From positions 1 to 64,000 of the forward strand of contig JBDREQ010000066.1 in the NCBI GenBank assembly GCA_043819555.1: a DNA stretch of 64,000 bases, given 5' to 3'. Origin of the DNA: Candidatus Zixiibacteriota bacterium (GTDB taxonomy: Bacteria > Zixibacteria > MSB-5A5 > GN15 > JAAZOE01). The stretch's first letter is position 1, and every line of letters starts with the position of its first letter. Shown here piece by piece: positions 9,154-19,035 of this stretch. A model generated the notes under the pieces. It was given only the letters and a program-made list of their open reading frames with translations. It had not been told where the DNA came from and did not search any database. The translations under genes were made by a program, and so were the position numbers.

Positions 9154-9594
9154 TCAGGCATTTCCTGCGGCTGATATCAATTCCAGCTCATCTACAGTCA
9201 ATGGGAGCTGCTCCAGTAATTCATCATTCGACTTTCCCCCCGCCATTAGTTTTCGCGCCTGTTTATAAATCTCTCGCCTGTTTTTCTGGCGGTCAAGAGA
9301 TGTAAATACGGGATTGATTTTTTCTTCCCGCTTTGCCTGATTATCGGTGATGACATCCAAAGGAGCGGTTGCTACCCATGATTTTTTAAGCGACATATAT
9401 TCCGGATGGGGCTGAGTCACAATATCGATTTTCTGTCGTGCCTTTTTATTGGCGCGATTATTGTTAGTTTCTGTTCCGGTTTTTTCTTTGCGAACCTGGC
9501 GACGATTGACTAATAGCAAAACAAGCAGTGCGACTATCAAATACCCGGCCAGATTCAGACCGAATTCAATTAGCACATCCTGTGAAAAATCCAT
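9154..9594 (-). CDS. Hypothetical membrane-anchored protein with C-terminal HTH-like segment
   Basis: N-terminal TM helix; C-terminal ARKLMAGGKSNDELLEQLPLTVDELELI resembles DUF2802-like flagellar-operon proteins. Confidence 0.65.
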   Translation of the reverse strand: MDFSQDVLIEFGLNLAGYLIVALLVLLLVNRRQVRKEKTGTETNNNRANKKARQKIDIVTQPHPEYMSLKKSWVATAPLDVITDNQAKREEKINPVFTSLDRQKNRREIYKQARKLMAGGKSNDELLEQLPLTVDELELISAAGNA

Positions 9595-9612
9595 TTTGTA
9601 CTTCCTTTTTTT

Positions 9613-9906
9613 CTATCCTTTTAAATCCAGGTGATCCGGTTTTCCCTGTTTCGCATCAACGGTTTCTTCATTCTTCCTTTTTCCCCGTTTCTTTTCTTTT
9701 CCCTTTTTTTCCTTATCTCCTCGAATAATTACCATATCCATTTCCTGTGCCTCACGCGTTCGTTCCATTTCAGCGGCGGCTTGTTCCTTAAGAGCATCAG
9801 CGGCCTGCCTCTGTCCCATCTCGCCAATAGATTTCTGGATCTGGTTCATCCTTTCCGCGGCCTGTGTCTTGGCCAAATTATCCTGCAAATGGATAGGACT
9901 TACCAT
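9613..9906 (-). CDS. Hypothetical protein
   Basis: AGGAGG RBS; charged small protein ending HLDLKG, downstream of fliA. Confidence 0.7.
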   Translation of the reverse strand: MVSPIHLQDNLAKTQAAERMNQIQKSIGEMGQRQAADALKEQAAAEMERTREAQEMDMVIIRGDKEKKGKEKKRGKRKNEETVDAKQGKPDHLDLKG

Positions 9907-9936
9907 AATACCTCCTACCGCCCGATTTGGGCGGAT

Positions 9937-10809
9937 TTAGGTGAGGCCGAATTTCTCACGGACCATTCCTCTCAATTTAAGAACTGCCTTGGTGTGAATC
10001 TGAGAAACCCGAGACTCCGATATTTTCATTACTTCGCCTATTTCTTTTAGCGTCAATTCCTCGTAGTAGTACAAGGCGATCACTAATTTTTCCTGCTCAG
10101 TCAATCTATCTATGGCATATACCAAAAATGCCTGGAGCTCACTGCGCTCGAGCATATTGAGCGTTGCATTTGCTTTTCCATCCTCAACCGTTTCAATGCG
10201 CGGCACCTGGCGATTATCTTCTTCCCGGAAAATTAATTCATCCAGCGATAGAAGCGCCGTTTTGGAAACATCCTCCAATGCATAATGCAATTCCTGCAAA
10301 TCGATTTTCAGGCTTTTGGCCAGTTCATCATCGTTAGGCGCCCGGCCCATCTTATTCTCAAATGCCAATAGCGCTCTTTCAATTTCTCGAGCCTTGGCCC
10401 GGGTCGAACGTGGTACCCAGTCGAGAGCCCGCAATTCATCAAGAATAGCTCCTCTAATCCGAGGCACGGCATAAGTCTCGAATTTAACTCCCCGGTCGGG
10501 ATCAAATTTCTTGAAAGCCTCCGTCAGACCGATAACCCCGGTATTGATGAGGTCGCTTAACTCGACCGACCGAGGGAAATTGATCGCCATGCGTCCTGCG
10601 ACATTACGAACCAGGGGCAAATATCGATTCAATAGCTTGCGGCGACTTTCAGGATCCTGACTCTTTTGGTAACGGAGCCATTCTCTTCGTGCTGCCGAAT
10701 CGCGCCTTGTTTTTTCCAGCTGGCTGGCGGTCTGCTCGTCATCCTTTGGCTTAGCTATTGCGGCCTTGGCAATCCCGCGTTGTCTTTTTTCCTTGACTGT
10801 GCTAATCAT
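9937..10809 (-). CDS. fliA: RNA polymerase sigma-28 factor FliA/WhiG
   Basis: RIRGAILDELRALDWVPRS and ISESRVSQIH. Confidence 0.96.
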   Translation of the reverse strand: MISTVKEKRQRGIAKAAIAKPKDDEQTASQLEKTRRDSAARREWLRYQKSQDPESRRKLLNRYLPLVRNVAGRMAINFPRSVELSDLINTGVIGLTEAFKKFDPDRGVKFETYAVPRIRGAILDELRALDWVPRSTRAKAREIERALLAFENKMGRAPNDDELAKSLKIDLQELHYALEDVSKTALLSLDELIFREEDNRQVPRIETVEDGKANATLNMLERSELQAFLVYAIDRLTEQEKLVIALYYYEELTLKEIGEVMKISESRVSQIHTKAVLKLRGMVREKFGLT

Positions 10810-10816
10810 TTGTCTG

Positions 10817-11665
10817 CTATTCCTTTATATCGGCCCCAGTTGGGCTTAAGCTTAAGGGTTTGCGATCAATATTTCCTGTGAAATCAGACTCGGCCGGTAT
10901 TCCGGCCAGAGCCAAAAATCGGCGTGAACTCGGACAATCAGGATCTAAATCAAATACACTTTTCTGCGTTGCTACCGAGTCAACCAAAGTTTCGTCAAAA
11001 GGAATCCAGCCCAGATAGGATGGATTTTTATTAAGAAACTGATCAGTAATGGCTGTAAATTTTTGATAGATATATTCGATATCTTCCAATCGATTTTCGC
11101 GATTGATTATCAGGGAAGCTTCAACATATGAGTTATTGGTAATCAGGATTTTATACAGGGCATATGTATCGGTCAAAGATGTTAATTCGGGAGTTGTAAT
11201 TAATATAATTTTGTCAACGGCGTTCAATATTAAATTAGTTTGAAGAAGTATTCCTGAAGCCGTATCAACAATTATTACTTCATAAGTTCCAAGCATCTCC
11301 CGAAGGCGCGCCATTGATTTTGCAAGAGCGGAAATCTCTGGCAATTTTACATCGGATTTGGCGCCAGTTGAAGGAAGAATGTCCAATTGATCGCCGGCTT
11401 TGATAATGCAATTTTTAATCTCGGTTAATCCCTCGCAAGCATCAACCCATCCATAATCGCCGGCAATGTTCGATAGCAGGGCAATATTACCCAATTGAAA
11501 ATCGCCATCGACGAGAAGCACCTTTTTTCTTTTAGACAACGCTCTGGCAAGGTTAAAGGAGACAACCGATTTCCCCACGCCGCCTTTGCCTGAAGCGATC
11601 GCAATCATGCCGGCTGAGATAAATTCGGATTCCGATGGTTTCATTAAATTCAAACGACTTGTCAT
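10817..11665 (-). CDS. flhG: MinD/FleN-type flagellar number regulator FlhG
   Basis: SGKGGVGKS deviant Walker A, TPELTSLTDTYA; lies between flhF and fliA. Confidence 0.88.
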   Translation of the reverse strand: MTSRLNLMKPSESEFISAGMIAIASGKGGVGKSVVSFNLARALSKRKKVLLVDGDFQLGNIALLSNIAGDYGWVDACEGLTEIKNCIIKAGDQLDILPSTGAKSDVKLPEISALAKSMARLREMLGTYEVIIVDTASGILLQTNLILNAVDKIILITTPELTSLTDTYALYKILITNNSYVEASLIINRENRLEDIEYIYQKFTAITDQFLNKNPSYLGWIPFDETLVDSVATQKSVFDLDPDCPSSRRFLALAGIPAESDFTGNIDRKPLSLSPTGADIKE

Positions 11666-11666
11666 T

Positions 11667-12788
11667 TTAGAACCCCTCCCCTCTGGCAAATAAAGTTTGT
11701 ACAAGAGACCGATAATCAGGCTGGGGGCTAAATCGTCCGGCTTTAGTCCCTGCGCCGATCATTGCAATCGGCAGCCCGGTTTGTATCGAAGCCGTTAGAA
11801 TGCCTCCCAAACGATGCGTCTGATCAGTCATGGTCACAGCCAATTCAGTGAGTCCAAGCGGCCGATAAGCCGAAAGACATTCCTGAAGATCCGAGGCCCG
11901 GAACCAGGCCGGGAAAACACCTACAACCCGGTCAGCTCTTATGCGAGCAAGCTTTTCGGCATACAGGGCGATTGATTGGGCGTCATATCGATTTAAAGCG
12001 GGAGTATCAATGATCGTTATCTTATCTTTGCCCTGCGAGTCAAGAAGTCCTTGATCGACATGGCGAGGCATATCGAAGTAATCAACGTCAAGAACATCGG
12101 CGTATATATGAAACTCTTCCGGCGCAGAGACTTTTACCTGATCGAGGGATGTCAAATTTACCGGTAATTTTTCAATTGCAATCAGATGACCCGCCAGACG
12201 CCCCATTGTTGATGTTTTTCCTGAACCGGACGGACCAACAAAGACTATTCTGTCACCAATTTGAAACTGTCGTGTTGACTTTCGAGCGGGTAAATTCCCG
12301 CATATAAAATCAATTGCCATTGAACGGAGATCATCAAATTCGGATGATTCCGGCATTTTATCCTTTAACTGGTCGGTTAACTGACAGGCATAATATTCAG
12401 GGATATCAGCGTCTATCATCGCAGAAAATATCCTTGAGAAATTCCGCGAATAGGATTGCCGCCTGATTGGCGTCTGGAATAAATCCATGAGAAAATCGAG
12501 CTTGCGGGCAATAATTTCCGCGGGAAATGGGGGATTTGATTTTTTAACCGATGTCGCCGGAATATCATAAACCGGCTTGCGAACTGAAACGGATTTGGAT
12601 TCGGGCGAATTTCCCGGGGTGACCACTCTATCGATGCAGGCTGTCACTTCCACTCGACCGCCCGTTTGAGTTTGCCGGTCGGAGTTGATTTTTCGAGTTC
12701 GGAGAATCACTGCATCCCCTCCCAGCTCGTTGCGAACTTTTTTCAAAGCTCCTGCCACCGTATCGGCGGCAAATGATTTAACTATCAT
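11667..12788 (-). CDS. flhF: Flagellar SRP-family GTPase FlhF (divergent)
   Basis: ALKKVRNELGGDAVIL N-terminus, GPSGSGKT P-loop, synteny. Confidence 0.88.
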   Translation of the reverse strand: MIVKSFAADTVAGALKKVRNELGGDAVILRTRKINSDRQTQTGGRVEVTACIDRVVTPGNSPESKSVSVRKPVYDIPATSVKKSNPPFPAEIIARKLDFLMDLFQTPIRRQSYSRNFSRIFSAMIDADIPEYYACQLTDQLKDKMPESSEFDDLRSMAIDFICGNLPARKSTRQFQIGDRIVFVGPSGSGKTSTMGRLAGHLIAIEKLPVNLTSLDQVKVSAPEEFHIYADVLDVDYFDMPRHVDQGLLDSQGKDKITIIDTPALNRYDAQSIALYAEKLARIRADRVVGVFPAWFRASDLQECLSAYRPLGLTELAVTMTDQTHRLGGILTASIQTGLPIAMIGAGTKAGRFSPQPDYRSLVQTLFARGEGF

Positions 12789-14853
12789 TGTGCATCTCCA
12801 CTAATCCGCATGAGATTAATTCAACATCCCTGTGAATTTCGTTGAAAGAGACCACGGTCAGATGTGGCAGGGAAACTTCCATTAACCTGCGGAAGGCTAA
12901 TCTGATATTGGGCGAGGTAAGGCAAACCGGATGATGTCCCGCCGTGGATAGCTGTTCCGCCTGATTGACCGTTTCATTTATCAGCCGCTCGCTAACCTCC
13001 GGCGGCATTACTATCATAATTCCTTGTTTGGTATTCTGTATTGAATCAGACAGAAGTTGCTCGACGCCGGGCGCAAGAGTAAAGCAATGGATTTTGCCCT
13101 TATCATCTTTGAGAGAATCTGCTATGCGCCGTCTGAGAGAAATGCGGCAATATTCCGAAAGAACTTCGGCATCTTTAGTTATCATGGCATAATCGCTGAC
13201 AGTTTCCATGATCGTTCCCAAATCACGAATCGGGACTCTCTCCGCCAGAAGCATTTGCAGGATTTTATGAATCGTCGGCAACGAAAGGACTTCCGGTACA
13301 ATACCTTCGACCAGAGTCGGTTGATCTTCTTTCAAAGTATCCAAAAGATGCTTGACATCCTGGCGGGAAATAATTTCACTGGCATTACTCTTAATTATTT
13401 CTGTCAGATGGGTAGCCAGCACCGCTGATGATTCAACAACGGTATATCCTTTGGCCTCGGCCGTTTCTTTAAGGTTGGGAATTATCCATCGTGCCTTGAG
13501 TTGGAAGGCCGGTTCAACAGTGTCAAACCCCTCAATTTCATCCTCAATATATCCGGGATTAATTGCCATCATGTGATCGGGCATCAATTCTGCCCTGGCT
13601 ACGATTAATCCTTTTATTTTAACCGCGTATTCGCTGGGTTGGAGTTGAACATTATCCCTGATGCGAATGGCCGGAACAATCAAACCCATTTCAATCGCTA
13701 ATTGTTTGCGGATGATACTTATTCTCTCAAGAAGGTCGCCTCCCTGATTAGAATCAACCATCGGTATCAATCCATATCCGATTTCAACTTCCAGGGTATC
13801 GATTTTGAGAAGGTCTTCGGTTCTTTCTTCGACTATTTCTTCTTCGGATTGTTCTTCAGCCAGCTTTTTTTGTTTTGCTTTTTCATTGGCGCCTTTTTCT
13901 ATTATGAAAGCAACAACGCCCAGAACCGTGCCGAGAATTACAAACGGCAAAGTGGGCATGCCGGGGATTATGCCAAATATCAGAATGACTCCGGAGGCTA
14001 CCAAAATCGCCCGCGGCTGCAAGCCGAATTGCTTGGTCAACTCCTTGCCCATATTGTTATCAGCCGCGGAACGAGTTACGATGATTCCTGCTGCGGTAGA
14101 AACGATTAAGGCAGGTATCTGCGTCACCAGCCCATCACCGACCGATAACAGTGTATAAGTCTTGAGAGCCTGAGCGACGCTGAGATCGCGCATGACTATA
14201 CCGACAATGAAACCGCCGATGACATTAATCGCCGTAATCAAAATACCGGCGATTGCGTCTCCCCTCACAAACTTGGATGCGCCATCCATGGCGCCATAAA
14301 AATCCGCTTCCCGGCTGATTTCACTTCGTCTCCTGCGAGCATCGCTATCGGATATTAGCCCAGCATTAAGGTCGGCGTCAATGGCCATTTGCTTGCCGGG
14401 CATAGCATCGAGAGTAAAACGAGCCGCGACCTCGGAAATTCGCGTAGCGCCTTTCGTGATAACGACAAATTGGATAATGATCAGAATGAAAAAGATAATG
14501 AAACCGACAACGTAGTTGCCTTTAACGACAAAATTACCGAAAGAATTAATAACATCACCGGCATATCCCTCGCCCAGAATTAATCTTGTCGAAGCTACAT
14601 TGAGAGATAAGCGCACCAGCGTAACGATGAGCAGCATCCCCGGAAAAACCGACAGATCAAGCGGGCGAGTGACATACAGCGTGGCGATAAGAATCACTAT
14701 TGAAAAGGCGATATTGAATGCCAGGGCAAAATCAAGTAAACCGGGCGGAATAGGCAAAATCAGTACGGCGATAATCGCGACAACCAATCCGGCCATGGCA
14801 ATATCACTATGATTTGTGATCGCTTCCAGCAGGGAGATTTTTTGCTTAGGCAT
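12778..14853 (-). CDS. flhA: Flagellar export protein FlhA
   Basis: FHIPEP motif RISEVAARFTLDAMPGKQMAIDADL. Confidence 0.98.
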   Translation of the reverse strand: MPKQKISLLEAITNHSDIAMAGLVVAIIAVLILPIPPGLLDFALAFNIAFSIVILIATLYVTRPLDLSVFPGMLLIVTLVRLSLNVASTRLILGEGYAGDVINSFGNFVVKGNYVVGFIIFFILIIIQFVVITKGATRISEVAARFTLDAMPGKQMAIDADLNAGLISDSDARRRRSEISREADFYGAMDGASKFVRGDAIAGILITAINVIGGFIVGIVMRDLSVAQALKTYTLLSVGDGLVTQIPALIVSTAAGIIVTRSAADNNMGKELTKQFGLQPRAILVASGVILIFGIIPGMPTLPFVILGTVLGVVAFIIEKGANEKAKQKKLAEEQSEEEIVEERTEDLLKIDTLEVEIGYGLIPMVDSNQGGDLLERISIIRKQLAIEMGLIVPAIRIRDNVQLQPSEYAVKIKGLIVARAELMPDHMMAINPGYIEDEIEGFDTVEPAFQLKARWIIPNLKETAEAKGYTVVESSAVLATHLTEIIKSNASEIISRQDVKHLLDTLKEDQPTLVEGIVPEVLSLPTIHKILQMLLAERVPIRDLGTIMETVSDYAMITKDAEVLSEYCRISLRRRIADSLKDDKGKIHCFTLAPGVEQLLSDSIQNTKQGIMIVMPPEVSERLINETVNQAEQLSTAGHHPVCLTSPNIRLAFRRLMEVSLPHLTVVSFNEIHRDVELISCGLVEMHNDS

Positions 14854-15925
14854 GCGCTTTTCCTCCCAGACCTTTCAATTGATAGATATATGCCAGGACT
14901 TCAGCGGCCGCACGATAGAGTTCGGCCGGAATGAAAGCCCCAACATCAACCAATTTGAATAAGGACCTTGCCAGAGGCTTATTTTCAACTATTGGGATAT
15001 CATTATCTTTGGCGATTTGTTTGATTCGATCGGCGATTAATCGCTGGCCTTTGGCGACTACTTTGGGAGCCGCCATTGTATTGGAATCATATTTAAGCGC
15101 TACGGCGATACGGGTCGGGTTAGTCACCACCACATCGGCATCCGGCACTTCAGAAATCATTCGTCTCCGCGCCATATCCCTCTGCACCTGTCTGATGCGG
15201 CCTTTGAGAACCGGATTACCGTCCGTATCTTTCATTTCTTCACGGACTTCCTGCTTTGTCATTTTTTGCTGATTGGCAAAGTCCCAGCGCTGGAATGCAA
15301 AATCAAATATTGCCAGGATAAATAGCACCGCAGATAATTTTAGTGCCAGTACCAGGGCCAGTTTACCCAGATTGGTTCCAAGTTGGGCCGGAGCTTTGGT
15401 TCCTACTACGAGGATATCAGGCATCCAACCCGAGATGGTAGAATAGGCAACTATCGCAATTAAAATAGTTTTCAGAACATCTCGAACTAACTGAACCATC
15501 GACCGCTTGGAAATTAACCGGCCGAATCCCTTAATGATATTGAGCTTGTCAAATTTGGGTTCAATTGTCTTGAAAGACATCATGAATCCCACCTGGGCGA
15601 TGTTAATTCCCAAGGCAAAAATCGCTACAATCAAAAGTACAGGGCCGACAATCGCGGCGAAGTTCATCACTTTATTGGAAAAAATCTTATGGAAACTGTC
15701 GGGAACAAGAGTCATGTTGGGGGCCTCGGTGAAGGCATGGCGAATCAAGTCACCCATTTGATTAAAAATAATGGGACCCATTAAAAATAGAGTCATAAAG
15801 GCGAAACTGACGATAACCACCGAGTTCAATTCCATTGAACGGGCGACCTGGCCTCGCTCACGGGCTTTCTTTAGTTTCCGCGGTGTTGCTTTTTCAGTTC
15901 TTTCCTGTGATGGTTTGTCAGCCAT
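14846..15925 (-). CDS. flhB: Flagellar export protein FlhB
   Basis: TEKATPRKLKKARERGQV; NPTR at the autocleavage site (canonical NPTH). Confidence 0.96.
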   Translation of the reverse strand: MADKPSQERTEKATPRKLKKARERGQVARSMELNSVVIVSFAFMTLFLMGPIIFNQMGDLIRHAFTEAPNMTLVPDSFHKIFSNKVMNFAAIVGPVLLIVAIFALGINIAQVGFMMSFKTIEPKFDKLNIIKGFGRLISKRSMVQLVRDVLKTILIAIVAYSTISGWMPDILVVGTKAPAQLGTNLGKLALVLALKLSAVLFILAIFDFAFQRWDFANQQKMTKQEVREEMKDTDGNPVLKGRIRQVQRDMARRRMISEVPDADVVVTNPTRIAVALKYDSNTMAAPKVVAKGQRLIADRIKQIAKDNDIPIVENKPLARSLFKLVDVGAFIPAELYRAAAEVLAYIYQLKGLGGKAHA

Positions 15926-15927
15926 GG

Positions 15928-16735
15928 CTAAATATTCCCGCTCACTTCATATAGTTGCATCAAATGCGCCATCTCCCTATCGAGGGTGGCGTTGAAATTG
16001 CTCAGGATCATTGAAAAGGCCGGCAATGACAGGGCCATCAAAAGCAGACCCGTAAAAATTTTCAAAGGAAAGCCAACTATAAAGATATTCATCTGGGGGC
16101 ATGGTGCGGGCCAAAACACCCATTGATACTTCGACCAGAAAAACCGTAATCATTACCGGAGCGGCAAATTTGACCGCTAAAATAAATGCAAACGAACTGT
16201 ATTTTATTATCCACTCGCCGACCGCTCCCGATGGCGTTGATAGTCCCAGTGGAATTAATTTGAATGAATCGACAAGACCGCCGATTATAGCATGGTGCCC
16301 ATTGATAAAAAGAAAAATTAAGGTCGCCAGCAAAAACCACAATTCGCCAAGTATTGATACCGGCTCGGGCGAGTTGGGATCAACTATGTTGACCATCGCG
16401 AATCCGATTTGATAACCGATTATCGAACCGGCCAGCCTCACACCGATGAACAGTATGGAGAATATGAATCCGATTAATACACCGATCAGTATTTCTTTGA
16501 GGCACAGAATCAATAAATCGATCAAGCTTTCAGTCGGCGGAAATTGAGCGTGGCTCATTATTGGCAGAAGAACGGCCGCAAGACCCAATGACATCGCTAC
16601 CGCTAATTTTTTTGGAATGGAACGGTGCGAAAATATCGGGGCGGCAACCATTATCCCCCCCACGCGCATCATCAGCAGAACGAATAATTGAATTTTTTCC
16701 GCGCCAAAGTTGACTAAATCCTGCACTCTTCCCAC
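15928..16735 (-). pseudogene. fliR: Flagellar export protein FliR, split by a +1 frameshift at the G5 run 16095-16099
   Basis: One frame encodes FliR up to LARTMP; the conserved continuation QMNIFIVGFPLKI is in another frame (ORF 15928..16119). Removing one C from ATG-CCCCC-AG restores MPQMN. Confidence 0.88.
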
Positions 16736-16764
16736 CTACATTAAAGGTTATCACCTTCACGAAT

Positions 16765-16780
16765 TGCAACCGCTGTGCCG
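16765..16780 (-). promoter_or_regulatory. sigma54 promoter of the fliR-flhBAFG-fliA operon
   Basis: CGGCACAGCGGTTGCA = GG-N10-GC, about 30 bp upstream of fliR. Confidence 0.75.
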
Positions 16781-16841
16781 GATTGAAACAGTCGTCCGAC
16801 AAAGATTAAGTCGTTGTCTATGGTTTACTTAAGGGGATTTT

Positions 16842-16870
16842 AAAAAGGCCGCCCATGTGAGTGAGCGGCC
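16842..16870 (-). terminator. Intrinsic terminator after fliQ
   Basis: GGCCGC..GCGGCC stem followed by TTTTT on the minus strand. Confidence 0.7.
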
Positions 16871-16908
16871 GGATAGGAAGAGATTGCCTTACGGCATAGG
16901 AATTATTT

Positions 16909-17178
16909 TCAGGCGGCTAAACTTGGTATTGAATCGAACAATCGCGTCGTAAAATCGACAACCAGATTAATCATCCATGGCAGGAATATCAAAAGAGCGC
17001 ATGCCACCGCCACTATTTTGGGAATAAATGTCAGCGTCATTTCATGTACCTGCGTTACAGCTTGCAGCAAAGAAATTATTAATCCTACAATAAGTCCGAA
17101 AGCCAGCATTGGCGCTGATACCATTAAGGTCAGCATTATTGCTTCCCGACCCAGTGATAATACAAATTGCGGCGTCAT
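16909..17178 (-). CDS. fliQ: Flagellar export protein FliQ
   Basis: QAVTQVHEMTLTFIPKI. Confidence 0.97.
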   Translation of the reverse strand: MTPQFVLSLGREAIMLTLMVSAPMLAFGLIVGLIISLLQAVTQVHEMTLTFIPKIVAVACALLIFLPWMINLVVDFTTRLFDSIPSLAA

Positions 17179-17185
17179 GATTCAC

Positions 17186-17971
17186 CTACCTAAACGATTC
17201 AACTAAAGCTTTTACAATCAAATACCACCCGTCAACTAATACAAAGAGCAGTATTTTAAACGGCAGAGCCACCATTATGGGGGGCAGCATTAACATACCC
17301 ATCGACATTAAGACCGAAGCCACAACCATGTCGATAATTAAAAACGGAATAAAGACAACGAAAGCGATTTGAAACGCCGTTCTAAGTTCGCTAATAACAA
17401 ATCCCGGTATCAATAATCGGATGGGAATGTCATCTTTGTTTTTCGGCTGCTCCATCCCTGAAAGCTTAACAAACAAAGCCAGATCTTTTTCGCGAACCTG
17501 TTTTAACATAAAAGTGCGAATCGGCTCCATGCCTTTATCAAAGGCGACTTCCTGAGTAATCTTCCCGTCCAGATAAGGCTTAAGTCCCTCTTCATATGCT
17601 TTATTTGCCACTGGCGACATAATAAAAAAAGTAAGGATGAGGGCCAGCGCGATAATTAGTTGATTAGGGGGCATCTGATTGGTGCCGATGGCCTGGCGCA
17701 GAAATGATAATACGACCGCAATCCGAATGAAAGACGTCATCATCACCAGGATTGAAGGCGCCAGAGTCAAGACTGTTAGCATCAGCACTATTTGAAGCGC
17801 GACCGATAAGTCATTAGGATCTTCGGAAGGTTCGACGCCCAATGATATTTTGGGCAGCGAGGTCTGGGCCTGCGAGGATGCGTTAAACGCCATCACTAAA
17901 ACAACGCCTATTAATACTATCCTGAACAGCCGCATTGATTGGGCGGAATTATGATGGCATTTCACGTCCAA
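17186..17971 (-). CDS. fliP: Flagellar export protein FliP (true start may be slightly internal)
   Basis: MTSFIRIAVVLSFLRQAIG and LPFKILLFVLVDGW. Confidence 0.97.
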   Translation of the reverse strand: MDVKCHHNSAQSMRLFRIVLIGVVLVMAFNASSQAQTSLPKISLGVEPSEDPNDLSVALQIVLMLTVLTLAPSILVMMTSFIRIAVVLSFLRQAIGTNQMPPNQLIIALALILTFFIMSPVANKAYEEGLKPYLDGKITQEVAFDKGMEPIRTFMLKQVREKDLALFVKLSGMEQPKNKDDIPIRLLIPGFVISELRTAFQIAFVVFIPFLIIDMVVASVLMSMGMLMLPPIMVALPFKILLFVLVDGWYLIVKALVESFR

Positions 17972-18497
17972 CTCCTTTGGCTGCCCTGGATTTAAAAAGT
18001 TTCCCGGCGGCTTCTGTCAGGGCAGATTGAAATCCTTTTGGCGCTTTAGTGATCATTTGACGGTTTTCTTCCGGCAGTTCATCCCACTCGCATTCGGTCA
18101 AGAGATTAATATTCGCCTCGGTAATTCCGACTAAAACCGCCCGGTCAGCCATTTTCAGCAGGCAAACCGATTTTTTCGGCGCCAGATAAGTATGTTCAAC
18201 AATTTGAACTGTTTTTCCCCGTGCGGCTCGCCCCAGGCCTTTACCCGATATTTTTTTTAGAAGAAAAACAGTCAGGTATATAATCGCGACGATAACCGCC
18301 AGAGCGATTCCGATACGTGAAAGTGACGGCAGAATTTCACCCGTCACTGACGGTACTACCGGATCTTTGGATGCGGAATTCTCTACCGCGGGTGCAGGAT
18401 TTGTTTCTGTTTCGGCCGGCATATCATTTTCGGCCCAAACGGGGATTATGAATAACAATAAAAGTAATCCCAGCCATGTCAGGCATTTAATATACAT
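17949..18497 (-). CDS. fliO: Flagellar biosynthesis protein FliO
   Basis: TM helix followed by LAPKKSVCLLKMADRAVLVGIT; lies between fliN and fliP. Confidence 0.85.
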   Translation of the reverse strand: MYIKCLTWLGLLLLLFIIPVWAENDMPAETETNPAPAVENSASKDPVVPSVTGEILPSLSRIGIALAVIVAIIYLTVFLLKKISGKGLGRAARGKTVQIVEHTYLAPKKSVCLLKMADRAVLVGITEANINLLTECEWDELPEENRQMITKAPKGFQSALTEAAGKLFKSRAAKGVGREMPS

Positions 18498-18525
18498 CGC
18501 TTCCTATGCTCCTCCCTGCATCAGC

Positions 18526-19029
18526 TTACTGCTGAGCCAGGCTTTTCAGTCTCTCTTCAGGCGACATCAATAGCGTGATGCGAACTCCGAAGTTTTCATC
18601 CACGACTACGACTTCCCCCTTGGCGATCAAGGCGTTATTGACCAACAAGTCCACCGGATCGCCGGCCAGTTTATTGAGCTCAACAACCGATCCCGGTCCG
18701 AGAGTTAATAAATCTGATATTGCCATGCTGGTCCGGCCCAGCTCAATTGAGACTGGCATCTTGACATCCAGTAGAAGGTCAATATTCCTATTCAGATTAT
18801 TTCCAGAAGGGGCGGGACTCAACTGCTGAAATTCGGCGGGATGCGCTTCCTGTCGTTCCCTCCTGATGTTGCTCAAATCTGAGAACTCATCATGAATATC
18901 TCCTGGGATGTCTTCAGCCTGAGCCGCGTCAAACGTATCGCGGTTCTCAGCATCTGCATTTTCTTGAGCCGCGCTGATCGCCTGCTGTTCCTCATCCAAT
19001 GAGGCATCCGGTTTGTTTTCATCCGGCAT
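18526..19029 (-). CDS. fliN: Flagellar motor switch protein FliN
   Basis: [32 protein letters not shown]. Confidence 0.96.
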   Translation of the reverse strand: MPDENKPDASLDEEQQAISAAQENADAENRDTFDAAQAEDIPGDIHDEFSDLSNIRRERQEAHPAEFQQLSPAPSGNNLNRNIDLLLDVKMPVSIELGRTSMAISDLLTLGPGSVVELNKLAGDPVDLLVNNALIAKGEVVVVDENFGVRITLLMSPEERLKSLAQQ

Positions 19030-19035
19030 AAGTAA

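Noticed and set aside
15928..16119. Independent 63-aa gene
   Set aside because: It is the out-of-frame C-terminus of FliR
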